The notes below the pieces were generated by a model. That model made no database searches and was not told the origin of the DNA. It was given only the letters and a program-made list of their open reading frames with translations. From a virus: a DNA stretch of 29,211 bases. Position numbers and translations under genes: made by a program. This document shows, one piece after another, positions 14,960 to 22,968 of the stretch (its first letter is position 1; every line of letters begins with the position of its first letter). Location: positions 1 to 29,211 of IMG/VR virus record IMGVR_UViG_3300042806_000219; one strand, 5' to 3'.

Positions 14960-16099
14960 ATGACTGATTCATTTTTGAAGCGTCAGCAGGAGTTGAAAGC
15001 TAACCTCACCATGCAGATTCGCGACGTCATTGACGGTGCCGAGTCTGAGGGTCGTGGCCTTGATGCTGCTGAGCTGACCAAGATTGACCGTATCGAAGCT
15101 GACATTGAAAGCGCACAGCGCTCTATCGAGGTTGCCGAGATGACTGAAGCCCGTTCCGCTGAGTTCGCTCAGGCTGCTCGTGGCTTCTCCCCTGTTGAGG
15201 AAACTAGCCGCGATTCTGCTGAGATTTTCCGTTCGATGTCCCGTGGTGAAATCCGTGGTCACGAGTTCCTGCCTTCTGAGCAGCGCGCACTTGTTTCTTC
15301 GGCTGACACTGTTCCTGTTTCGTTCCTTGACCGTGTTTATGATCTGGCAAAGCTTGTCGGCCCATACCTGGAAACCTCTGAGGTTTTCGTTCGCGATTCT
15401 GGCAACGACTTCCGCATCCCAGTGATGTCGGGTTACAGCACCGCGGCTGAGGTCACGGAAGGTTCTGCTATCGCAGAGTCCAACCCGACCTACACCTCAC
15501 TACTTCTGGACCCAAAAAAGCAGGCCTTCATTGTGCAGCTGTCAAATGAACTGGTCCAGGACAGTGGGTTCGATATTGAGGAGCAGGTTGCACGCCAAGC
15601 TGGTGTCGCAATCGGTACTCGTGCGAACGTTGTAGTCCACGCAGCCGTTACCGCTGTTGCTGGCTCCGGTGTGACCGCTGGAACCACGAACGCATTCACG
15701 ACTGATGACCTGATCACATTGGCTTACAGTGTTGATGGTTTCGCTCGTATGCTTCCTGGCACCGGCTACATGGTGAACACCAAGACTCTTGGTGCGATTC
15801 GCCGCCTGAAGGATAACGATGGCCGTTACATCTACGACCCCGTAGTTGGACAGCCTTCCACCATCCTCGGAATGCCCGTTTACGAGAACCCTGCCGTGGC
15901 TGACATTGCTACTGGTGCCAAGGCTGTGTTCTTCGGACACTGGGGCTCCGTGAAAATTGCGAACGCAGGCGGTCTCCAGGTGAGCGTGAGCAGCGATGCC
16001 TACTTCACCAATGATGTCACGGGCTACAGGTTCGTGTACCGTCTTGGCGCTGGTGTTGCTAACGGTGCCGAGCACATCAAGTACCTGGCTCTTGCATAA
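14960..16099 (+). CDS. Major capsid protein (HK97 fold) with an N-terminal delta-like coiled coil
   Basis: 379 aa, positioned after the protease. N-terminal helical segment LKRQQELKANLTMQIRDVIDGAESEGRGLDAAELTKIDRIEADIESAQRSIEVAE. Confidence 0.85.
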   Translation: MTDSFLKRQQELKANLTMQIRDVIDGAESEGRGLDAAELTKIDRIEADIESAQRSIEVAEMTEARSAEFAQAARGFSPVEETSRDSAEIFRSMSRGEIRGHEFLPSEQRALVSSADTVPVSFLDRVYDLAKLVGPYLETSEVFVRDSGNDFRIPVMSGYSTAAEVTEGSAIAESNPTYTSLLLDPKKQAFIVQLSNELVQDSGFDIEEQVARQAGVAIGTRANVVVHAAVTAVAGSGVTAGTTNAFTTDDLITLAYSVDGFARMLPGTGYMVNTKTLGAIRRLKDNDGRYIYDPVVGQPSTILGMPVYENPAVADIATGAKAVFFGHWGSVKIANAGGLQVSVSSDAYFTNDVTGYRFVYRLGAGVANGAEHIKYLALA

Positions 16100-16121
16100 G
16101 CATTAGTCACAAGGCTGAAGG

Positions 16122-16157
16122 CCCCCGCTGTGTTGTAGGTTTCACGGCGGGGGTTTT
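16122..16157 (+). terminator. Strong intrinsic terminator downstream of the capsid gene
   Basis: CCCCCGCTGTG (16122-16132) pairs with CACGGCGGGGG (16143-16153): 11 bp with one G-U. The loop is 10 nt and TTTT follows. Confidence 0.8.
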
Positions 16158-16160
16158 CGC

Positions 16161-16166
16161 TATTAT
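16161..16166 (+). promoter_or_regulatory. Candidate -10 element (TATTAT) giving a leaderless start for the glycosyltransferase cassette
   Basis: TATTAT at 16161-16166. The A of ATG 16173 is the 7th nt downstream. No SD sequence precedes this ATG and no good -35 is visible. Confidence 0.3.
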
Positions 16167-16172
16167 GTTCGA

Positions 16173-17372
16173 ATGACCTACGAAAAGATTAAGGGTGTTG
16201 TTTCTTTAGCTTCGAATAACCCTGGGGCTCCAACGGGGTATGGGGTGCAGGCTGAGTTTCTGGTGCGTTACATGAAACGTCACAGCATGAATGTGGGTGT
16301 GCTGTCGAACTACGGCCTGGAAGGTGCCATTGGGGAGCATCGCACAGACTTTGGGAGTGTGCCGGTTTACCCTAAAGGTGTTGCACCTTATTCGCAGGAT
16401 GTTTTGACTGTGTGGCATGAGCATCATCGGCAGTCTGCACCAGACCTGAAGCACGCGATTATGACCCTTTATGATGTGTGGGTTTACAACGCTTGGAAGG
16501 ATGAGGTGCCGGTTATTTCGTGGGTGCCGTTGGATCATGTGACGTTGCCTCCTGGTGTTGCCGCGTTTTTGCGCCGCGAGAATGTGAGCCCAGTGGCGAT
16601 GGCCCCGCATGGGAAACGACAGTTGGATAACGCTGCGATAGATTCCGTTTATATTCCTCACGCTGTGAACACGAAGGTGTTTGCTAAGACGCCGAAGATG
16701 ATGGGGCCGGAGGGGATGACTCCGACACGGGAACTGTTGGGTGTGAGCGATGACACGTTCCTGGTTGCGATGGTGGCCGCGAATAAGGCGAACGGGATTC
16801 TGCATCGGAAGGCTTACGATGTGAACTTCATGGCCTTCTCTGCACACCTACAGTCGCACCCTGATTCTCACTTGTATGTTCACGCTGACCCGTCACCTAA
16901 TGTGGGCGGGTTTGATTTAGCGTTGCTTGCACGAGTGTCTGGGATTCCACCAGAGAAGATTACGTTTGCTAACAGGGATCAGTATCGGATTGGGTACAGT
17001 CAGGCTGACCTTGCAGCGTTGTATTCGGCTGCGGATGTTCTGTTGGCCCCGTCTTATGGAGAAGGTTTTGGCGTTCCGCAAATCGAGGCACAATCTGCGG
17101 GCTGTCGAGTCATAGGTTCGGGCTGGGCCGCCTCGCCTGACCTGATTGCCGAGGATGGTTGGTTGGTTGAGGGGCAACCGTTTTGGGATGAACCGCAGAA
17201 AGCTTTCTTCCAGGTGCCTTTGCTTGGTTCGGTTGTGTCAGCGTTGGAGCTGGCCTATAACGCGGAGCGCGGGTTTTCTGCGATGTCCCGTAAGTTTGCG
17301 CTCGACTTTGATGAGGAGAAGGTTTGGGCTGACTACTGGCTGCCGTTCCTGAAGGGGTACTTTGGTGGATAA
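16173..17372 (+). CDS. GT-B fold glycosyltransferase (GT4-like)
   Basis: 399 aa. E-x7-E signature in SYGEGFGVPQIEAQSAGCRVIGS, typical of the GT4/GT1 retaining glycosyltransferase C-terminal domain. Confidence 0.8.
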   Translation: MTYEKIKGVVSLASNNPGAPTGYGVQAEFLVRYMKRHSMNVGVLSNYGLEGAIGEHRTDFGSVPVYPKGVAPYSQDVLTVWHEHHRQSAPDLKHAIMTLYDVWVYNAWKDEVPVISWVPLDHVTLPPGVAAFLRRENVSPVAMAPHGKRQLDNAAIDSVYIPHAVNTKVFAKTPKMMGPEGMTPTRELLGVSDDTFLVAMVAANKANGILHRKAYDVNFMAFSAHLQSHPDSHLYVHADPSPNVGGFDLALLARVSGIPPEKITFANRDQYRIGYSQADLAALYSAADVLLAPSYGEGFGVPQIEAQSAGCRVIGSGWAASPDLIAEDGWLVEGQPFWDEPQKAFFQVPLLGSVVSALELAYNAERGFSAMSRKFALDFDEEKVWADYWLPFLKGYFGG

Positions 17373-17799
17373 GCTCATTGTTTACACTGGTGGCACGTTC
17401 GACCTGTTTCATTCCGGGCACGTCAATTTTCTGTGGAAGTGTTCACAGCTTGGGCGGGTTGTGGTGGCGTTGAACACGGACGAGTTTATTGAGGCGTATA
17501 AGGGTAAGAGCCCGGTGTGTTCGTTCGAGGAGCGTGCCGAGGTTTTGTTGGCGTGCCGTTGGGTTGATGATGTGCTGCCGAATGTTGATGGTGCGGATTC
17601 GCGCACGAGCATTGACATGGTGGGGCCGGACATTATTGCGATTGGTACGGATTGGGCTCGCAAAGATTATTACTTGCAGATGGGGTTCACGCAGGATTGG
17701 TTGGACGAGCGCGACATTTCCCTCATCTATATTCCTTACACTCACAGCATTTCGACCACGAAACTTAAGGCGCGTAGTGCTGACCGTAATCGGGTCTAG
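17362..17799 (+). CDS. tagD: Cytidylyltransferase, TagD-like (glycerol-3-phosphate cytidylyltransferase family)
   Basis: 145 aa. GGTFDLFHSGH (HxGH nucleotidyltransferase motif), NTDEF, RWVDDVLP, GTDW and the C-terminal SISTTKLK (RTxGISTT-like) are colinear with TagD-type enzymes. Starts at TTG 17362 or GTG 17365, overlapping the GT4 stop. Confidence 0.8.
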   Translation: MVDKLIVYTGGTFDLFHSGHVNFLWKCSQLGRVVVALNTDEFIEAYKGKSPVCSFEERAEVLLACRWVDDVLPNVDGADSRTSIDMVGPDIIAIGTDWARKDYYLQMGFTQDWLDERDISLIYIPYTHSISTTKLKARSADRNRV

Positions 17800-18283
17800 C
17801 CCTGACAGGCAGGCTTGGCTTGCTGATTGTTCAGCGTCCTTGGGGCGTGAGCATATTGCGGTTGTGAGTTTTGGTTTCGAGTTGGCGAAGATTCGCTGGG
17901 TGATGGAGAACACGAGTGTGAATCGTTTCCTGTTTCTGCAGGATTCTTGGGTTATCAAGTCTGATAAGTTTTGGGATTTGCTCGAGCAGTTTGAGGGGTC
18001 TGTGGCGTTGACCCGCGACCCGTATTTCTTTGGGTGCTATGCAGGGGTTTATGAGCGGCACGTTATTGACCGGATTGGTGTGCCGGTTGTGACGGATAAA
18101 GCGCACTCGATTCTTTTGGAGATTGACTGGCACCGGCGTTATGTGGAGGCGAGTGGGGAGCCGACAGTGTTGTTCCCTGAGTTGACCGATAAGAACGCTA
18201 CCGATGTGGTGGAGCGTCACGGGCGGAAGAACCTTGTGTTGGAGAATGACCTTGTGGTGAAGTGGAAGGGAACCTGGTGTTAG
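17777..18283 (+). CDS. Hypothetical 168-aa protein inside the glycosylation cassette (possible novel transferase)
   Basis: Track ORF 17489-18283 trimmed to GTG 17777, with AAGG 6 nt upstream. The first ~96 codons of the track ORF overlap tagD out of frame. FLFLQDSW may be a DxD-like acidic motif. No family recognised. Confidence 0.6.
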   Translation: MLTVIGSSPDRQAWLADCSASLGREHIAVVSFGFELAKIRWVMENTSVNRFLFLQDSWVIKSDKFWDLLEQFEGSVALTRDPYFFGCYAGVYERHVIDRIGVPVVTDKAHSILLEIDWHRRYVEASGEPTVLFPELTDKNATDVVERHGRKNLVLENDLVVKWKGTWC

Positions 18284-18945
18284 AGAACCTGATTGTGCCG
18301 GTGCTAAACCGTTACGACTTACTAGATCGCATGGTGTCGAGTATTGACTACCCGGTGAAACATTTACTCATCATTGATAATGGTGCTTCGGATGTGTTGG
18401 AGGATATGGCGATTGATGTTCCGGCTTGTGTGGAGCACACGACCTACCTGCCGATGCCCGCTAACCTCGGGGTGGCAGCGTCATGGAACTTGGGGATTAA
18501 GTCGTTTCCGTATGATGAGCGTTGGTTTATCGCATCGAATGATGTGCGTTTCGAGCCTGGTGCCCTTGGGAGGCTCTCAGAGGCCCGTAGTGACGAGATA
18601 ACCCTCTCTAGTATGTTTCCCCATTGGCAGGCGTTCGCTCTCGGCTATGAGGCTGTGAAGCGTGTGGGTTTGTTTGATGAGGGTTTCTTCCCCGCATATT
18701 TTGAGGACAACGATTATCAGCGCAGGGCGGAGCGTGCTGGGGTTGCGATTCGCCGGCTCGAGGTGCCCATGATCCATGACAACAGTTCGACCATCAGGTC
18801 TGATGAACGGCTGTTGAATCAAAACTCACGCACGTTCACTTCTAACCAGGCACACTTTTCGGAGAAGGTTGCTCGTGACGATTTTGGGGCGGGCTCGTGG
18901 AGTGTGGAACGGCGGAGGCTGAACGGGTGGGAGGCCGGGCGGTAG
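18277..18945 (+). CDS. GT-A fold glycosyltransferase (GT2-like)
   Basis: About 222 aa. LIVPVLNRYDLLDRMVSSI...LLIIDNGASD...NLGVAASWNLGI...ASNDVRF...GFFPAYFEDNDYQRRA follows the GT2 motif order. GTG 18277 lies 5 nt after GAAGGGA; GTG 18262 is an alternative start. Confidence 0.8.
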   Translation: MLENLIVPVLNRYDLLDRMVSSIDYPVKHLLIIDNGASDVLEDMAIDVPACVEHTTYLPMPANLGVAASWNLGIKSFPYDERWFIASNDVRFEPGALGRLSEARSDEITLSSMFPHWQAFALGYEAVKRVGLFDEGFFPAYFEDNDYQRRAERAGVAIRRLEVPMIHDNSSTIRSDERLLNQNSRTFTSNQAHFSEKVARDDFGAGSWSVERRRLNGWEAGR

Positions 18946-18966
18946 AATGGTGGTTGGAGGTTTATT

Positions 18967-19587
18967 TTGGCGATTGTGAATGGGTACGCAACACTTTCCG
19001 AGGTGAAGGCTGCGGCCAGAATCACCGATGACATTGATGACTCGTTGTTGGAAACTGCGATTGAATCGAGTTCCCGCGATATTGATGCTTACACTGAGCG
19101 CGTGTTTTTCAACACGGGTGCTACAGCTGTAACCCGTATTTATATTCCTGAGAACATTTACTTGCTTGAAACGGATGACATCATTGCGGTGACTTCTATC
19201 AAGTCGGACACTACGGGTGAGGGCGGGTTCGACCAGACTTGGGCTTCTACTGATTACCAGTTGGAGCCGTTGAACGGGTTGGCTGGTGGCATTGCTACAC
19301 CTTTCACGAGGGTTCGAGCTGTCGGTGATTATTTGTGGCCGATTTATGAGCCTCGGGACATCAATGCGGGGCAGGCTTCGGTTCAGATTGTGGCACGCTT
19401 CGGCTTTGCTTCTATCCCTAGTGCTATCAAACAAGCCACTATTCTTTCCTCCCTGCGGGCGTATAAGCGTTATGAGTCCCCTACGGGTGTGCTCGGGTTC
19501 TCGGATATGGGTGTGGTTCGGGTTGGCAGGCTTGACCCTGACGTGGAACGGCTGATTCAGCCTTACAGGAAGATTCGTTTCGCGTGA
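18967..19587 (+). CDS. Head-tail connector (gp6-like) protein, unusually long
   Basis: 206 aa. TTG start 7 nt after GGAGG. The N-terminus YATLSEVKAAARITDDIDDSLLETAIESSSRDIDAYT is the classic gp6-like head-tail connector opening. Confidence 0.7.
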   Translation: MAIVNGYATLSEVKAAARITDDIDDSLLETAIESSSRDIDAYTERVFFNTGATAVTRIYIPENIYLLETDDIIAVTSIKSDTTGEGGFDQTWASTDYQLEPLNGLAGGIATPFTRVRAVGDYLWPIYEPRDINAGQASVQIVARFGFASIPSAIKQATILSSLRAYKRYESPTGVLGFSDMGVVRVGRLDPDVERLIQPYRKIRFA

Positions 19588-19985
19588 GCATTAGCCTGAT
19601 GCGGGCTGGCCTCGCAACAAACATGAACACCATTACCGGGTTGCGCACTTATGCGGAGATTCCTGACGATCCGATGATGCCCGCAGCTGTCGTGCAACTC
19701 GGTTCAGTGACCTACAACAGTGCTTTCGCTAAAGGGTTGACCGAATACAGTTTCGTGGTGACAGTGATTTTCGGGCGCATTGCGACAGTGCAGGCACAGA
19801 AGAACCTTGATGCACTGATTTCGACTGGTTCAGGTTCGTTGAAGACGGCCATTGAGATAGATCGCACTTTGGGCGGTAACGCTTTTGACACGAGGGTTTC
19901 TGAGATGACTAACGTGACCTCCGTTACAATTGGAGATATAACTTACCTCTCGGCAGATTTTGCCGTGACCGTGTTCGCACTATAA
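19584..19985 (+). CDS. Head-tail joining / tail-terminator-like protein
   Basis: 133 aa, GTGA overlap, immediately upstream of the major tail gene. The pattern (TYAEIPDDPMMPAAVVQLGSV...) resembles DUF3168-type tail completion proteins. The function rests mainly on position. Confidence 0.5.
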   Translation: MSISLMRAGLATNMNTITGLRTYAEIPDDPMMPAAVVQLGSVTYNSAFAKGLTEYSFVVTVIFGRIATVQAQKNLDALISTGSGSLKTAIEIDRTLGGNAFDTRVSEMTNVTSVTIGDITYLSADFAVTVFAL

Positions 19986-19995
19986 GGAGAAAACT

Positions 19996-20409
19996 GTGGC
20001 AAAGTTTGTCGCTACTAACTACAACATCACAATCAACGGGACTAATTTCAGTTCCGACATTGCTGCAGTCACATTTGATCTGAGTGCGGCAGAGCAGGAA
20101 GTTACGGCATTTTCGGACACCTTTGTCCAAAGAATTTCGGGCTTGAAGGATGCTTCGGTCACACTTGACTGGCACCAGGACTTTGCCGCTTCGGGTGGCG
20201 TGGATGCTGTCATCTTCCCGCTTCTGGGAACCGGCGCGACCGTCACCGTTATCCCTAACGGAACTGCTGTGTCTAGCTCGAATCCGAGCTTTTCTGGGAT
20301 TTTCTTGGTCACGGAATACAGCCCGCTGGCTTCCTCAGTGGGGGATTTAGCCACGTTTAGCACCTCGTGGCCATTGAGCTCGGGAACGGTAACCAGGAGT
20401 ACTGTCTAA
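19996..20409 (+). CDS. Major tail (tube) protein
   Basis: 137 aa. GTG start 6 nt after AGGAG. Beta-rich sequence immediately upstream of the frameshifted chaperone pair. Ser/Thr-rich C-terminus (SSGTVTRSTV). Confidence 0.75.
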   Translation: MAKFVATNYNITINGTNFSSDIAAVTFDLSAAEQEVTAFSDTFVQRISGLKDASVTLDWHQDFAASGGVDAVIFPLLGTGATVTVIPNGTAVSSSNPSFSGIFLVTEYSPLASSVGDLATFSTSWPLSSGTVTRSTV

Positions 20410-20411
20410 GT

Positions 20412-20663
20412 ATGAATCCAATAAACCTACAAGTAACTTTCATTGACGAAACAAGCGTTGAGTGTTCGGCTATTGCAGCGGATTTGATTGCGTTTGAGGC
20501 ACGCTTCGATTTGAGTGTTGCCCGCCTGGGGGATGAAGTGCGTTTGACGCATATGTTCTTTTTGGCGTGGCACGCTCTCAAGCGTACCGGGCACACCACT
20601 GATGAGTTTGAGAAGTGGGTTGAGTCTGTTTCGATGGTGGCTGAGGCTCCCACAAAAAAATAA
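20412..20663 (+). CDS. Tail assembly chaperone (G-like short form)
   Basis: Track ORF 20367-20663 trimmed to ATG 20412, 2 nt after the tail-tube stop. It ends in a poly-A slippery run. Confidence 0.75.
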   Translation: MNPINLQVTFIDETSVECSAIAADLIAFEARFDLSVARLGDEVRLTHMFFLAWHALKRTGHTTDEFEKWVESVSMVAEAPTKK

Positions 20664-20830
20664 GGGGGCTCGGTGAGTCGAGCCTTCACTGGGAGATTGC
20701 GGCCCTTGCTTGTGAAACGGGGATTAGCCCGTTGGAGCTGATGAAGCTTGAGCCTCGAATGTTGTGGACTATTGAGCGTTATCTGATTGCGCGTGCTCAG
20801 GCCCAGAGTGGTAAGCGGGGCCGGCGGTAG
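20412..20830 (+). CDS. Tail assembly chaperone, frameshifted long form (GT-like)
   Basis: A -1 slip at 20654-20660 adds IRGLGESSLHWEIAALACETGISPLELMKLEPRMLWTIERYLIARAQAQSGKRGRR. The extension has no start codon of its own and fills the otherwise empty stretch 20664-20830. Confidence 0.65.
20654..20660 (+). promoter_or_regulatory. -1 programmed ribosomal frameshift site (A AAA AAA)
   Basis: Seven A residues at 20654-20660 lie in X XXY YYZ register just before the zero-frame TAA (20661-20663). The -1 frame is open from 20660 to TAG 20828-20830. Confidence 0.7.
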
Positions 20831-20839
20831 AATAGGGGT

Positions 20840-21367
20840 ATGCCCGCCCAGTTCACTGTCAAAGCCTCCGATTTGAAGGTGCTTTTGGCTGAGCTACGGA
20901 ATGTTGACCCTGGGTTGCGTAAGGCGCTCCAAAAGGAGATGCGTGAAGATCTGAAACCTATTGTTGGCAAGTTGGCTGGTGGGGTTCCTACTGCTTCCCC
21001 GTTGTCTGGTTTTGCTAATGCTCCGACTGGTAGCCGGTGGCGGTGGGCTGGGGTTTCTGGTCGGACTCAGACGCCTTTGGGTAAGCGTGCGAAGAAGCCT
21101 GGTTTCTTTCCTGTGGTGTCGATGGCGTTTCGGTCACGGGGTAAGGCTGCCGGGTTTGAGATTTTGGAGTTGGCTGGGTCTAAGAGTTCTGGGTCTACTC
21201 CGCAGGGGCGCGGGATGATTCGAGCGTTGAATGCTGCGGCACCGATGATGAGCGGGTTGGGTCGTTTCTTGATTCCGCAGGCTAAGGGTGAGGCTGGGCC
21301 GGCTGTGGTGATTGCTCGAAACATTATTGAGAAGTATGTGGCGTTAGTCAACAGGAGGATTTCGTGA
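20840..21367 (+). CDS. HK97 gp10-like head-tail/tail component protein, in an unusual position
   Basis: 175 aa. The N-terminus FTVKASDLKVLLAELRNVDPGLRKALQKEMREDLKPIVGKLAGGVP resembles the HK97 gp10 family opening. It lies between the chaperone and tape measure genes. Confidence 0.45.
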   Translation: MPAQFTVKASDLKVLLAELRNVDPGLRKALQKEMREDLKPIVGKLAGGVPTASPLSGFANAPTGSRWRWAGVSGRTQTPLGKRAKKPGFFPVVSMAFRSRGKAAGFEILELAGSKSSGSTPQGRGMIRALNAAAPMMSGLGRFLIPQAKGEAGPAVVIARNIIEKYVALVNRRIS

Positions 21368-22965
21368 GCGGTTCAATCAATATCCCGGTGGTGTCTAAGT
21401 TTGACCCGACTGGTATCAAGCAGGCTCAGACAGCTCTCGGCGGGTTTGGTAAGGCTGTGGCTGGGTTTGGTGCCATTGTTGCGGGTGCGTTCGCTGTTAG
21501 GGCTATCGGGAACTTCGCTGCGGAAACGATCCGTATGGGTCAAGAGGTTTTGCAGTCGAATGCTGTGTTGAAGCAGGTGGCGAAAACTACTAACCAGTTT
21601 GGCGGGGAACTAGATTCTGTCACTAACAGGCTTATCAAGTTTGCGGATGCTCAGGAGTTGCGTCTTGGTGTTGATGCTGAGGTTGTGAAGAGTGTTCAGG
21701 CGCAACTGTTGTCGTTCAAGGCTTTGGGTGCTTCGGCTGGTGAGGCTGGTGGGAGTTTTGACCGGGCTACGAAGGCCGCGTTTGACATGGCGATGGTGTT
21801 GAAACGGGATGCTTCTGGTCAGGCGATTGCTTTGGGTAAGGCGTTGGAAGACCCGATTCGGGGTATTACTGCGTTGCGTAAGGGTGGCACCACGTTTACG
21901 GAGCAACAGCAGGAGCAGATTAAGACTTTGGTTCAGTCGAACCGCTTGCTCGATGCTCAGGCTTTGATTTTGACGGAGGTGGAGTCACAATATGGTGGGG
22001 CGGCTGAGGCTGGGGCGTTGTATTCGGATCGGTTCCGATTGGGGTTGGAGCAGATAAAGGAAACAATTGGTATTTCGTTGTTGCCTTCGTTCCAGGGGTT
22101 TGTCGAGTATTTCCTGACCAATGTTGTGCCACCTTTGACTGAGTTTTTTGAAGTAAAGTTTCCGACTTTGCTCAGGGACATTGGGGCTACGTTTTCGGCG
22201 CTTCAGCCGGCGTTCGAGCAGGTTGGCGTTGCGATTCGTAAGGCTTTCAACATTAGTGAAGAGAACACGCTGCTAGAAGGGTTCTTGATAAACATTGAGA
22301 AGCTAAGCAAGAATGAGGCGTTCCTGGGGTTCTTGGAGCAAATGATTGTCGGGTTTGCGAAACTCCTGCCTGACCTTATCAAGTTGCTTCCGTTGATGGT
22401 TCAGTTGGCTGAGCAGGTCATCCCGTTGTTGCTTCAGCTGTTGCCGCCACTGATTAGTTTCGTCACCTTCTTAGGGGATGTGATTGGTGGGGTGGCTGGA
22501 ATGTTCACGGATTGGAACTTTGTCACTGTGGCTACCACTGAGAGTTTGGACAACTTGGGTATTAGCTCAGAAAACTTGATTCCGGGTCTTGGTGCTTTGT
22601 CTGACGGTTTGGGCCGTATTGCGGATGCGTTCAGGGGTGCTTACGAGCGGGCTAAACAGTTTTTCGACCAACTGTCTAGGAAAACTCCTGCCGGTGTGAG
22701 TTTGCCTAACTTTGGTGAACGGGCTCAGGGTGGGCGTGTGACGGGTGGTATGCCTTATCTAGTTGGTGAGCAGGGGCCGGAGGTTTTCATGCCTGGTCGT
22801 GGCGGGAACATTGTGCCGAATGACCGGCTGGGTGGTGGTGGTACGAACATCACAATCAATGTGACGGCGGGTATGGGTACTAATGGGGCTCAGGTTGGGG
22901 AGCAGATTGTGAACGCTATCAAACGGTATGAGCGTACTTCTGGCCCAGTGTTTGCGAAGGCGTAA
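21364..22965 (+). CDS. Tape measure protein
   Basis: 533 aa, GTGA overlap. Positioned after the chaperones. Ala/Gly/Leu-rich with hydrophobic central segments and a Gly-rich C-terminus. Confidence 0.8.
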   Translation: MSGSINIPVVSKFDPTGIKQAQTALGGFGKAVAGFGAIVAGAFAVRAIGNFAAETIRMGQEVLQSNAVLKQVAKTTNQFGGELDSVTNRLIKFADAQELRLGVDAEVVKSVQAQLLSFKALGASAGEAGGSFDRATKAAFDMAMVLKRDASGQAIALGKALEDPIRGITALRKGGTTFTEQQQEQIKTLVQSNRLLDAQALILTEVESQYGGAAEAGALYSDRFRLGLEQIKETIGISLLPSFQGFVEYFLTNVVPPLTEFFEVKFPTLLRDIGATFSALQPAFEQVGVAIRKAFNISEENTLLEGFLINIEKLSKNEAFLGFLEQMIVGFAKLLPDLIKLLPLMVQLAEQVIPLLLQLLPPLISFVTFLGDVIGGVAGMFTDWNFVTVATTESLDNLGISSENLIPGLGALSDGLGRIADAFRGAYERAKQFFDQLSRKTPAGVSLPNFGERAQGGRVTGGMPYLVGEQGPEVFMPGRGGNIVPNDRLGGGGTNITINVTAGMGTNGAQVGEQIVNAIKRYERTSGPVFAKA

Positions 22966-22968
22966 CCC

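Noticed and set aside
17489-17776. N-terminal 96 codons of track ORF 17489-18283
   Set aside because: This part overlaps the TagD-like gene out of frame and translates to Arg/Cys/Trp-rich sequence. A GTG at 17777 with an AAGG RBS gives a sensible 168-aa protein.
20961-21351. Alternative-frame ORFs 20961-21218 (+) and 21067-21351 (-) inside the gp10-like gene
   Set aside because: They sit inside a better-supported ORF with a recognisable N-terminal pattern. Their translations are Leu/Arg/Gly or Pro/Ala low-complexity.
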